A stretch of DNA of 64,000 nt from Octopus vulgaris (taxonomy: Eukaryota), in NCBI GenBank assembly GCA_951406725.2, contig OX597824.1, positions 72,230,001-72,294,000 of the forward strand. Direction: 5' to 3'. Numbering within the stretch: the first letter of the stretch is position 1; every line of letters starts with the position of its first letter. Positions 12,909 through 25,440 of this stretch are shown one piece after another. The position numbers and the translations under genes were made by a program. The notes under the pieces were generated by a model. That model saw nothing but the letters and a program-made list of their open reading frames with translations. It ran no database searches and was not told the origin of the DNA.

Positions 12909-14540
12909 ATTATTATTTCGTAACTCAGAATCAAAACCTCTTCAGTCGAATATCTATAAAAGTATTTACTATGCCCTTTTATCCTTGTACACCTTTCCCC
13001 CCCTCATTCTCCCTACATCCCATGTACCAAAGCACCAAAGAATTGCCACTGTTTTTTATTACTTTTGGTCGCTTGTTTTGAGTATCTGCTTTGGTTTCTT
13101 GGAAACTAACAACTTATCAATGATTATTCAGCGTACATTCCTATGTAGGTGTTTCCTTTTTTTTTCTTTCAATTTTGCTTTGCAGTAAGTTATTTGTGAC
13201 CAGTGTGTCATATGTTCAATGTGTCATATGCTGACTGATCTGTAGATTATATAATAAAAGATGAAATCCTATAAGGATTAGGCTAAGAAATGAACTGCTA
13301 TAGAAAACAATATTAATATGCATTGCTACATAGCAACATAATTCTTTCAGCTTTTAGTGCTTTGTAATAGTAAGCAGTGCAAAGTACATTCAAATAATGA
13401 CTGCATATGTATTGAAAAAAATTACATTTTATTTTTACTCATTAACTTTTTTGGCGGGGTTAGTATTAGATGGAGAGGGCATGTGACCTAGTGGTTCAGG
13501 TGTTGCACTCATGATTGTAAGGTTATGGTTTCAGTTTCCTGAATGGGCAGCTTGAGAAAAATACTTCATTTCATGTTACTCCAGTTCACTCAGCTGGGGG
13601 TTAACTCCAGCAGTAACTGGGAAGTTTGGCCATTTGACAGACTGGCATCTTGCCCAGGTGTGGTGTGTTGCGATCTTGGTCACTTACACGCCATAGAAAC
13701 TGGGTTAAGCTCTAGCCATATGAGTCCCCGGACTCTTGACTAACCTCAGTGTAAGTAAAATCAAATGTGATACAAGGCCAGCAATTTTGAGAAGCATTCT
13801 CTGATATCATTGATCCTGATATTTGACTGCTACATTGTTTATTGACCTTGGAGGGATGAATTGCCAAGTTGACTTTGGTGAAATTTGAACAAGCACAGAT
13901 GTTTGTATTTAAAATTTTGTAAAAATAATATCTGAGTCTTAGTAAACATAGGCACAGGCATAGCTTTGTGGTTAAGAAGATTACTTTGCAACCATGTGGT
14001 TTTTGGTTCAATTCCATTGTGTGGCACTTTTCAGCTGATCTTGTAAGCAAATTTGTTGGACAAAAACTGTGTGAAAGCCCTTTGTGTGTGTGTGTGTGTG
14101 ATGCTTGACAACCAGTGTTGGTTTGTTTACATTCTTGTAGCTTAGTAGCTCAACAAAAGTAACTGATAGAATAAGTACCAGACTTGAAAAATAAGCTCTG
14201 AGGTCAACTTGTTCGTCTAAATCTTTCAAAGTGATGCTGCAGCATGGCCACAGCCCAATGATTGAAACGTGTATAAGCTAAAAGATAAAAAAATATAAAA
14301 TATATTCTAGAAGATATTGGTATCTCTTCTATCTTCAGGCACAAATTAGTGAACCAATCCATCAGCCACTTAATAAAACTTCAATTTGTACCCAAATTTT
14401 TATCTTCCTGTCTAAGTATTTTAATTTTTATCCAGTTTGAATTTGCACCTGGTGTTATTCAAGACAATTGGAAGAACATTTCTCATTGAATATTTCTCTC
14501 ACTTGTCTTTCATCTTTTTTTTTTGTTTCTTTATTTTCAG

Positions 14541-14616
14541 AGAGAAACGGAAGAGTTTAAAAAATTTTAATTCCTTAGACGATGGTACAGAAAATAACAG
14601 TTTACCTGCCAGTGAT
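14541..14616 (+). CDS. LMO7: LMO7-like exon 4
   Basis: ttttcag|A, phase 2 in. Reads EKRKSLKNFNSLDDGTENNSLPASD. Donor GAT|gtaagt, phase 0. Confidence 0.85.
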
Positions 14617-14699
14617 GTAAGTGCGCATACATACATACAACACACACAACATACATACACACAGACACACAACATAACATACAAACATACACAGCATAA

Positions 14700-15376
14700 C
14701 AGACACACACACATGACATACCATACAGACACACACAACATGCCATACAGGCACACACACCATGACATACAGACACACACAACATGACATACAGACACAC
14801 ACAACATACCATACAGACACACACAACATACCATTCAGACACACACAACATACCATACAGACACACACAACATACCATACAGACACACACAACATACCAT
14901 ACAGACACACACAACATACCATACAGACACACACAACATACCATACAGACACACACAACATACCATACAGACACACACAACATGACATACAGACACACAC
15001 AACATGACATACAGACACACACAACATGACATACAGACACACACAACATGACATATAGACACACACAACATACCATTCAGACACAGACACACACAACATG
15101 ACATACAGACACACACAACATGACATACAGACACACACAACATACCATACAGACACACACAACATACCATACAGACACACACAACATACCATACAGACAC
15201 ACACAACATACCATACAGACACACACAACATACCATACAGACACACACAATATACCATACAGACACACACAACACAACGTACAGACACACACAACATACC
15301 ATACAGACACACACAACATACCATACAGACACACACAATATACCATACAGACACACACAACACAACGTACAGACAC
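14700..15376. repeat. 22-bp minisatellite (ACAACATACCATACAGACACAC)n, about 30 copies
   Basis: Directly visible, with interspersed variants ACAACATGACATAC and ACAACACAACGTAC. Confidence 0.97.
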
Positions 15377-16519
15377 ATGCAATGCAGCATAATGCACAGG
15401 TAATGCAACATACAAGTGCATGCAATGCAGTGTACAGGTGCATGCAACACAACATACATGTGCACGCAATATAACAGGCACATGCCCTGCATCATGCAGG
15501 CACACACCACGCAGCATACAGACATACAACACTCATAACATACACGCAATAAACTTTTTTCACTATCATGGGGTCTTAGACTCACTTTCACAGCATGGCC
15601 TCTCGAGAAAGTATCTTCTACAACAGCCTTGTGAATGAAATTGTGTTGGTAGAAACTCTGTGGGAAATCTGTCACTTGAGCTGCACTTGTTATTCAAAGG
15701 ATTGATTTTGTTCATGTACGGTCCATCCTGTCGGCTTATGCACACTTTTTTTGTGTATCAAATTTCACTCCCATGCTCAGGTGGTCAAGACACTTGTATA
15801 AGATGCCACACCATAGGATCAAATCCAGCAATGATTGCAAACTAAACTTCTTAGTTATTTGGTAATACCTGTACTCTAGACACATACTTACACTCATTCT
15901 CCCTTACCTCCTCCCTCTCTCTCTCATGCACACAATTATACATGGTACTATGGAACATCACAATTTATCCCTCACTTCAAGGACAACTAATAAATGAACT
16001 GAGAAGGGAACCAATTTGTCCTCACCATTTAGCTTTGTAAAACTGATATACATACATCCTCTCTAAGTTGATACGAAATATGGATGACTTTCTCATTCCT
16101 TATCCTTTTGAGAGCATAGAGGAGTCTATGGAATTCTCATTGGAAAGATGTACTCCTAAGCAAAATTTTAGCGGTACTGGCAACAGCCATGCTCGAAAAT
16201 GGTGTTTTTTACATGCCACCTGCACAGGAGTCAGTCCAGCGGCACTAGCAACGACCTTGCTCGAATGTTTTGTTCATGTGCCAGTAAGGTGACGCTGGTA
16301 ACGATCACACTCAAATGGTGCTTTTTACGTGCCCACCAGCACGGAAGCCAGTCAACTCTCTGGCAGTGATCCCGCTTGGATGGAGCTGTTAGCACTCCAC
16401 TGGCATGGGTGCCAGTCATTGAATTTGGTTCAGTGTGAACATTAAATGATGATAATCTTCCCTTCTGATTTGTTTTGTCTAATAAATGTCTTATCTGTTT
16501 TGTTGGTTTCATTTGACAG

Positions 16520-17092
16520 AGTTTCCAAAATGAAAATGTTTCGAGAAAAGGTGATGCTACAACAGTGTCAGAAACATCAATCAGCTCCAAACGTGAGAAC
16601 ACTGTGATAAAGAATGAAAAAAGTGACGCCATCGAAGATAACAGCAAGAACAACAGAAGCAACAGGACCAGTGGCAACTACAACAACAATGCCGCCAGCA
16701 ACACGAACAACAACAACATCACTGATAATTTCGAAGATGATGTGTTTGCAGCCAACACAACAGAAGAACCAGTGTTGAAACTGTCAGAGGTGAAAAGTGT
16801 TGAGAGTGTAAGGAGCCCCAGGACCAAGAATGATGTTGAAGCAAACAACTTGAAAAACATTGAACAAACTGCAAGACTGGAGGAGAAGCAACAACCGCTG
16901 CCCTCAGTGGAGTCTCCTTCATTAGCGCCACCACCTCCATCATCACCACCAGACAGCCGAGGAAAGCAGCAGCAACAGCTATTGCAGAACGAACTGCCTC
17001 ATCAATCCAAAAGCAATGAGCTGCATTCTGAAAGCAGCCCCACCGTTTCATCTACTCCAGTGGAGAGGATTTCTTCTCCAAGACCTGATAAG
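16520..17092 (+). CDS. LMO7: LMO7-like exon 5 (Asn/Ser/Pro-rich disordered region)
   Basis: gacag|AGT, in frame with ORF 16565-17101; 573 nt. Donor AAG|gtaggt, phase 0. Confidence 0.85.
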
Positions 17093-17915
17093 GTAGGTTA
17101 AGTAAAATTGTTGTTTGTCAACTTGATTGTGACTGTATGAAAATGTAAACCTGGAATGGAGGTTAAGTGAAGTCAAAAGAGGAAACAGTAATTACACTGT
17201 GTAGCAGGAATTTTGTCTTTGGATAGCAACTATTATTTCCTATTTGCTTACCCCATAGAAAGTATGAAAAATGGCTAATATTTCCTTCAAACTTTGCTTT
17301 TGTTACATTTATTCAAACTCCAAAGAATCCCTCTCAACACATGGCTATGATGTTCCCCCAATACTCATGATCAGAGATGCACATATTGTCAGCCACTACT
17401 CAGTACTCAGTACTGAATTTGTCTGAAATATAATGGAAAATAGATCGGTTTCTAAACATTGATGTCCAGGTCACAAAAGCAAAGTTGAAAGGGAATGGTA
17501 ATCATTTTCTTTGATTTCTAGGTAGAAGCAAAAACGAAATTACACTTACTGATCAAAGACAAAAAAAATCTAAAAATTTTGTTGCACAGTGTTATTAGAA
17601 TAATCTTGGTGGTAGTAGTTTTTGATACTGATGCTTAAACTTCTAAGGAAATACACTATCTAGCTTTTGATATGAAACAATTTGAAAAATAATCAAGAAT
17701 TTGAAAGGGTTTAGTAAAATAAGTAACTTTTTCGCTTTTGTGGAAGTATGGTTTTTTTTCTACATCACTTGTCATTCTTCAGCCTGTACCAGGTTTTGGC
17801 CACTCATGAAGAATGAATCTACATACATATCTGTGTATGTTGGGTGTGTGTATCTGTCTATGTTATACACACATGTGTTTATAGAAAGATATATTCATAA
17901 ATAAGCATGCATGCT

Positions 17916-17946
<31 letters not shown>

Positions 17947-18298
17947 GCGTGTGGCTGGATGGATCATTTGAAATAATTTGAAAATAGGTAAGAATTTGGA
18001 GGAGTTTAGTAAACTAACTTTTCCATTTTTAAGCTGTTCCTTTCTTAGTGGAAATTAGGGACAGGGTCTGTGACTCATCCAGACATTCTGCATTGAAAAT
18101 ACAAGTGTTCTGGTTTTATTTACTTTTTTCATCAAATTTCTTAGAAAGAATTTCATATGTGCTCTAACAGTGTTTAGAACCATAAATTTCTTAAATCTTT
18201 CTGTAACATTTCTAGAACTCTAGTCTTGTCTTCAGGATGATTTAACATTAGTGCCTCTCTATAGTAAATAGGGACAATGTATCTGTTTATTTATATCA

Positions 18299-18680
18299 AG
18301 GTGCACGAGCGACTGTGTGGTAAGTCGCTTGCTTACCAATCACATGGTTCAGTCCCACTGCATGGCACCTTGGGCAAGTGTCTTCTACAATAGCCTCGGG
18401 CCAACCAAAGCCTTGTGAGTGGATTTGGTAGATAGAAACTGAAGGAAGCCCGTCGTATATATATATATGCGAGTGTGTGTGTCTGTGTTTGTCCCCCCAC
18501 CCATCGCTTGACAACCAATGTTGGTGTGTTTACGTCCCTGTAACTTAACAGTTTGGCAAAAGAGACCGATGGAATAAGTACTAGGCTTACAATGAATAAG
18601 TCCTGGGGTTGATTTGTTCGACTAAAGGCTGTGATCCAGCTTGGCTGCTGTCAAATGACTGAGACAAATAAAAGAAAAAA
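18299..18680 (+). mobile_element. tRNA-derived SINE, family B (about 400 bp, internal TA/TG microsatellite)
   Basis: Matches copies at 13949, 37464 (-), 46885, 49281 (-) and 50492. Confidence 0.88.
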
Positions 18681-19041
18681 AAGAATATGAATGTGTAAAC
18701 ATACATGTGTATGTATATATATATATATATATATATATAGATAGATAGATAGATAGATACACACTTGCATGTATGTTTATACATACAAACATGTACACAG
18801 ATGTAGCTATTTGATTTTAAAGAAAATCTTAATAAATACAAGGGAGGTAGACAGCTTAAAAGGAAAGGATAAAGTTAAAGAACTAGATGGAGATTTCATG
18901 ACTACCGACATTTAAGTCACATTAAGAAAAGTAATAAAAAACAACAACAAAACCCACAGGAATCCTAATTAGTAAAATGCAGCTGGATGTTGGTGACATG
19001 CAGCAAGGGTTTTATTTGTGTCAGTTTTGTTTTTCCTAAAG

Positions 19042-19089
19042 GTCGATTCTTCTGAAACTGATGAAGGATGGATTAAAGATGAGTGTGAG
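19042..19089 (+). CDS. LMO7: LMO7-like 48-nt exon 6 (symmetric, possibly a cassette)
   Basis: ttttcctaaag|GTC. Reads VDSSETDEGWIKDECE. Donor GAG|gtaaga, phase 0-0. Confidence 0.7.
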
Positions 19090-21337
19090 GTAAGATGGTA
19101 GTAAGAAATTAATTCCTTTGTTCTTGTGTGACTTTTTTTTTCTCCCCCATCTTTCTTTGCTCACCTCAGGTAACAGAAACATCTTTTGAAAAAAATGCTG
19201 AAATTTAAATTATAAATTATTTGGTACATGTAAGCAAATGTTTATTGTGTTTGACGATAGTATTATCTATGCTATGTATATCCATTTGAAGACCCGTGGT
19301 CTACTAGTTAGGATGTTAGGCTCATTGTGGATTTGTGTCTTGGACTAAGCAGCATCATGTGCTCTTTGAGTAAGGTATGAAAAGGGGCTAATATTTCCTT
19401 CAAACCTTGCTTTTGTTACATTTGTTCAAACACCAAAGAATCCCACTCAACACATAGCTATGATGCTTCTCCAGCATTCCTACTCATGATCAGAGATGCA
19501 CATATTATCAGCCTCTAAGGGACATGCACAAGTAACCATGATCAAGCAACTGACAAGCAAATTTGTGGTCTTGAGCTGTGGGTTGACCCTGTGATGGATC
19601 GACGTCCCAGTTAGAGGGGAGGTTTTGTACTTCCAGTTGTCTAAAGTTTCTGAAATCCAGATAAGCTCCAGCATCGTGAACCAGTATGTTTGAGCTAGAA
19701 TTTATGCAAATCTATACTGTTTCAATTAGTTTGCTTCTCATTTATCATCAAAGGTCTTATTCTTGAGTTTATGCATAGTACCAACCATTTGAACTAAGAA
19801 CCTTTATTTCCAAATCAAGATTAATAAGGTTCTTATCCACCAGACATCTCTGTGTACTGATCAAAAAATAGTGTAAATGCAAATAGAAATATTTAAATTT
19901 TTAATGATGAGGTTAACCTTATGAAAAACTATAATTTTATTAAAAGCAACTCATCAAAGACACCTAGATACGTTTAAAGCTATTTATTCAAGTTTTAAGA
20001 ATATTGCTGACAGCTGTTTTGCCAGCATGATGAAATAACAAAGGATCACCATTTGCACTATAACTTAGATGATGAAATCTCTTGATCTTTATCTCTCTCT
20101 TCTGTGCATGACTAAATACATAAGTGTTCTGTTTAGAAGAGTGGAACTAATTGTAGAATACATCAGTGGATAAAGTATTGGACTATCACTTGTTCGTATT
20201 ATATCATTTACATATTACATAGCTTCTAGCATTTTATTGTGTCTTTGTACAGGACAATTCAGTCTGAATAAATTACAAGTTCAGACTAGCGCTCTGTCCT
20301 GGGACCTACCTACCTAACCAACCAACCAACCAACCAACCAACCAACCATCCATCCATCCATCTACCCACCCATCCACCCAGCCACCCATCCATCCAGTTT
20401 TTATTTGGAAGATCATCAAGTAGTAGGTGAACATATTGTTGGTAAAGAGTATATATATTGTAGTCTTTACACAGTGGCTTGTTTCACCATAAAATGTATA
20501 AACTCATCAACTATATTGTTGCAACTATTACATAGTGCTGCTAGAAACTATGGATTGTTAAGGAGATGACTTACCAACAACTCATTATTACATATTTGAT
20601 GCATAATGAATTTTAAAGTTGGTATTGGACTATTAAATTTAAGAGTTGCTGCAACTTTAGGCAAGGGACATAACTCTGCATGTCTCTGGATGGCAATAGC
20701 TTCCATCTGCACTTTGCACATAACAGTTAATGGATTAATGGTATGTAACAAAAGTGTTTAGCTGTAAAAAAAAAACATAGTCATAAAAAAAAATTCTTCA
20801 AAATCTACAAAAGACCATCCCATCGATGGCTTTTTTTTTTTTGCAACTGCTGACATTTCATTTCTTTGTAACAGTTGCTTTTGCAATAGGACACATTACT
20901 GCATTGACATTATCATTTTATGTCCACTTTTCATGCTTGTATGAGTTGGCAGGACCCGCCTAGTCTGAGTCACCTGTGATTACGAGCCACTGCTTCCATA
21001 GATTCGTCCTTAGATGTGTCATTTGACTCGGTTTCTGTGGTTGGATACCCTTACTATGGCCAACCACTTTACAGAGGTGATGGGTGGCAACAGGAGTGGC
21101 CTAGAAAGGATCAGATAATGGTATGAGTAGGTATTAGGTAGCAATGGAGGTGACCTAGAGAGGAAAGAGTGATGGCTGCACAACAGAAAGGTGAGACTAT
21201 TGTGTGTTGGACAGAAGAATGAAGGTGGTCTGATGCTATCTCTTAAACCTATGAAGGGCAAGAATCAAGATGCTGAGGAGTCATGAGAATGATACAGTTA
21301 ACAGAGATGGTGAGGAGATGATAGGATGTTATGATTT

Positions 21338-21570
21338 AAGGCGGCGAGCTGGCAGAAACGTTAGCACGCCGGGCAAAATGCGTAGCCGTATTTCGTCTGC
21401 CGTTATGTTCTGAGTTCAAATTCCGCCGAGGTCGACTTTGCCTTTCATTCTTTCGGGGTCGATTAAAATAAGTACCAATTACGCACTGGGGTCAATGTAA
21501 TCAACTTAATCCGTTTGTCTGTCCTTGTTTGTCCCCTCTGTGTTTAGCCCCTTGTGGGTAATAAAGGCAT
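21338..21570 (+). mobile_element. SINE family A
   Basis: Full length, with target-site duplication ataggat(g/a)ttatgattta. Confidence 0.9.
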
Positions 21571-22166
21571 AGGATATTATGATTTAGAAGAGTGCACAGT
21601 TGACAGAAGAGAGAGGAGAGAATGCAAGATGAGGGAAAATAATAGTGCAACCTTTTGTTGTTTAGTCAAGGTGCGCATAAGCAACATTGCAAGGCCTGGT
21701 TGTGAATCACACAACAGCTATGGGATCACTATAGTTCTCTTTTACTGATGCCAGTAAAATTTCAATGAAATTTTTTTGGGGAAGATAAATTTTACTAAAT
21801 TAAATCAGATTCTTATTTTCTGTTTCTGTTACCCTGATGCCAGTGAAGTAAGAAGGATGCAAACTTCTTTTCTTTCATAGTTGGAAATTGCAGGAGTTGT
21901 GCAGTGTTGTAGCCTTGTAGGTGTCCACTGCTTCTTAAAAGTTCTGTTGATCTTGTTATTTCTGTAGTGGCTGATGCATCACATAACCATGCAGTTAGTT
22001 GCTTTCTTGTTTTATGTATTGTGTTTGTTATTGTTTTTTTTATTTCACATCGTTTGCTATTGTTTTTAACTTACACTGCATCCATTTGTTTTCTTTCTTT
22101 TTGTGTGTTTTTGTTTTTAACCCTTTTAGCATAACACGAACTGTTATGTATATATGTATATATATA

Positions 22167-22229
<63 letters not shown>

Positions 22230-23075
22230 TTAAGCCTTTGTTCATGTTAGTGTAGATTTGACAGTTATGCAAATTTAAACTTTTGCATGAATTTGTTTGT
22301 TGTTATTGCTTAACCACAAATTATTCTTGATTGTGCTGACATATAGCAGAAGATTTTCCAACATTGTTTTCTTTTTTAGTCATAGTGTATCTAGGAATAC
22401 ATTATCCAATACGATTTTTTTTTGCAAAAATTATGTGATTTGAATGAGACATAGCTGCTACTTTTTGCAGATCTTGTGACTGCATAGATTTTTTTTTCCC
22501 ATCAGCATTTGCATTTATTTATAACAGAGTGAACTGATGAACCATTCGTGTCAAACAAATGCTACCATGTTTAGCATAGATAAGGCTATTGGCAAAATTC
22601 GATGTGGGATTATCCTCTTACTGCCAACCTTTTGACAACAATTCTGTTTCTGCTTCACTCATATATATATTTTTAAAAAATGGTTTTGTGGTGAGCTACA
22701 AAACTATAAAAGGTTGGGGGCAATGATTAGTTTACTTCTTCACCAGGTATCACTGGAGAGAAGGAATAATGAAAAACAAAAAAGGAGATAAATGGACAGA
22801 GAGAGAGCCATCATTCTTTTGAAAGATTGGTGAGTGATGTAACATGGGTCAGGTATGTGTGTTGACTGTAACTCCAAGATGGCATTTTGAAGGGTTTTTT
22901 TAAGATGCCTTGATCCTTTTCAAGTGTTTGTCTGCCATATATATTTTTGTGTTTCATTATATACACACACACATATATATATATTAAACTGACCCGCCAT
23001 TAGTTTCAACAGTGTTTTCCAGTTGTTTCATCAATTGTATCATCTACTCATTGAATGACAGAAGCAAATGTATCA

Positions 23076-23492
23076 AAGGCAGCGAGCTGGCAGAACCGTT
23101 AGCACGCCGGGTGAAATGCTTAGTGGTATTTCGTCTCCCGCTACGTTCTGAGTTCAAATTCCGCCGAGGTTGACTTTGCCTTTCATCCTTTTGGGGTCGA
23201 TTGAATAAGTACCAGTTATGCACTGGGGTCGATATACTCGACTTAATCCCTTTGTCTGTCCTTGTTTGTCCCCTCTGTGTTTAGCCCCTTGTGGGTAGTA
23301 AAGAAATAGGTATTTCGTCTGCTGCTACGTTCTGAGTTCAAATTCCGCTGAGGTTGACTTTGCCTTTCATCCTTTCGGGGTCGATTGAATAAGTACCAGT
23401 TACACACTGGGGTCGATATAATCGACTTAATCCGTTTGTCTGTCCTTGTTTGTCCCCTCTGTGTTTAGTCCCTTGTAGGGAGTGAAGAAATA
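23076..23492 (+). mobile_element. SINE family A partial dimer
   Basis: A full copy followed by a 5'-truncated second copy; a single duplication agaagcaaatgtatc flanks the pair. Confidence 0.9.
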
Positions 23493-24035
23493 AGAAGCAA
23501 ATGTATCCCATATACACTTGTACCTGGAATATAATCTTCAGGCAGAATTCATGTGATGAGGCAGGCCCTTTGAATTACAGGTACTCTGCAGCCAACAGGC
23601 TGGCACACACAGATTCCATGTATTAAATTTCACTCAGAAGGCTTGTGTTAACTTGGGGTAATAGGAGAACACATTTACCCAAGTGCTCCTCAGAAGAATT
23701 GAACACAGGTCTTCATGATCTCAAAGCATTCATGTAAATCATTCAGTGATGGCTGTGTCCACATATATTGAGTGAACCTTCCTCCATACAATTCACACAC
23801 ATACATATATATATATGCATGTATAAATATACACACTCGCACACATACACTCACGTAACATTCTCGCATGGGTTCATATGCTTATAGTCTTTGTAGATGA
23901 ATTTTGATGTATTCCTCTTGTTCTAGTCAGGTTTTTTGCTTGTTCTGGCATTTGTATAGCATGACATTTCACTTTCCCTATTTGTTCCTTTCGTCTCCTC
24001 ATTTTCATACATTTGTGTATATAATTCAACACCAT

Positions 24036-24905
24036 GATCAATAAGTATCCGGACTGTTGCTATAGTAATAAAGCTAAAACATGGAGAGTGAAGCTGCTTG
24101 GCACAGATTGACCTTGAACTTTGTTGTGCATGTGCACTAAGTTTTAATGTTCTAGCTCACTTCTGCTGTTTACAGCAATGCTTGGAAGGAAGGTATGTAG
24201 TGTGTGATCATCGCATTGAACATGACAGAGAAAGTTGAGCAGAGAATCTGATTCAAATTTTGCCCAAAAGCTTGGAAATACCTGCTCAGAGGCCTACAAA
24301 AAGTTTTCATCATTCGCAACACCATCAAGAAGATCTTGTACAAGTGAAACCCAAGTCTACTTTTGGTGTCTGCCAAAAGCAGTTTTGGCACAAACTTGGC
24401 GGACACATGTCTCATACCCAAATCTTCAGTGATAATGAATTGAACTGAACCATAACTAATCTGCACATCCTCTGATCACTTATGGATGGTGATTCAACGA
24501 TTTCCCACTCACAGCTGCATGCACATCTGCGATGTTTTTCTCAGTTCTGCTGGTTGGTCTCCCAGAATGTGTGTCAATATTGTCATTTTTACAGCCATCT
24601 TGGAAATGTCTGAACCATTTGCACACTTATGTGCAGCCCATACACTCCTCTCCATACACTTTCTGCAACTTTGCATAGGCCACTGAGTAGGTATTGCCAT
24701 GACAACTTTCTCCGTCATGGTCAGTGTGACGCTCACATGCTACACACCTTCCTTCTAAGCACTGCTGTAAACAGCGGAGATGAGCTAGAATGCTAAAACT
24801 TTGTGTGCATGCACAGCAGTGCTGAAGGTTAATCTGTGCCAAGTGGCTTCACTCTGTGTGCTTTAGCTTCATTTCTATGGTAACAGTCCGGATACTTATG
24901 GATCA
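24036..24905. mobile_element. Mariner-derived foldback made of two 5' ends
   Basis: About 200-bp inverted arms, each running from the TIR (gatcaataagtatccggactgtt) into ATG ACA/ACG GAG AAA GTT. The - strand carries the decayed transposase N-terminus (AYAKLQKVYGEECM; ITEDLGMRHVSAKFVPKLL). Confidence 0.85.
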
Positions 24906-25144
24906 AAACTCATATATATTCTTTGTTCTTTTACATATTCCGCCCATAAGGCTGTGGTCATGCTGGAGCAATATATGTATATGGGTGTATCGAAATTAAA
25001 TTTAGAACAGCAGAGTGATAAACATGTTAAAAACAAAAACTGACTTTAAAAAGTTTAAGTGAAACCTAACATCAATGATATTTTACATGTATGTTGGAGT
25101 TTATTAAACTAAAGTGAACTCATATATGAGGAGATTATAATTTG

Positions 25145-25440
25145 ATGATACAACTATATTATGAAATGTAGCAAATCTAGTCATTTAATAAACACACAAA
25201 GCTATTAAATTCACTTTAAATTTATTTCATGAACTGTTGAAATTTTCATCACACAACTACAAGCTGGTCACTAGCATAGTAGCAGTACAACACCTTGCAG
25301 TGGAACTGTTTCAGTGACCAGGTCACAGATGTGCAATGGAAATTTTTGCAGTGCATGAAAGGAATTTAAAGTGAATTTAATAGCTTTTGAGTGTTTATTA
25401 AATGACTAGTTTGCTTCCTTTTTATGATGCAATTGCTTCA
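25145..25440. repeat. Inverted repeat / MITE with about 110-bp arms
   Basis: ctagtcatttaataaacac...aaattcactttaaatt is mirrored by aatttaaagtgaattt...gtgtttattaaatgactag. Confidence 0.85.

Noticed and set aside
14499-15675. Long Cys/Val-rich and His/Thr-rich ORFs in several frames (up to 357 aa)
   Set aside because: They are translations of the 22-bp minisatellite, not genes.
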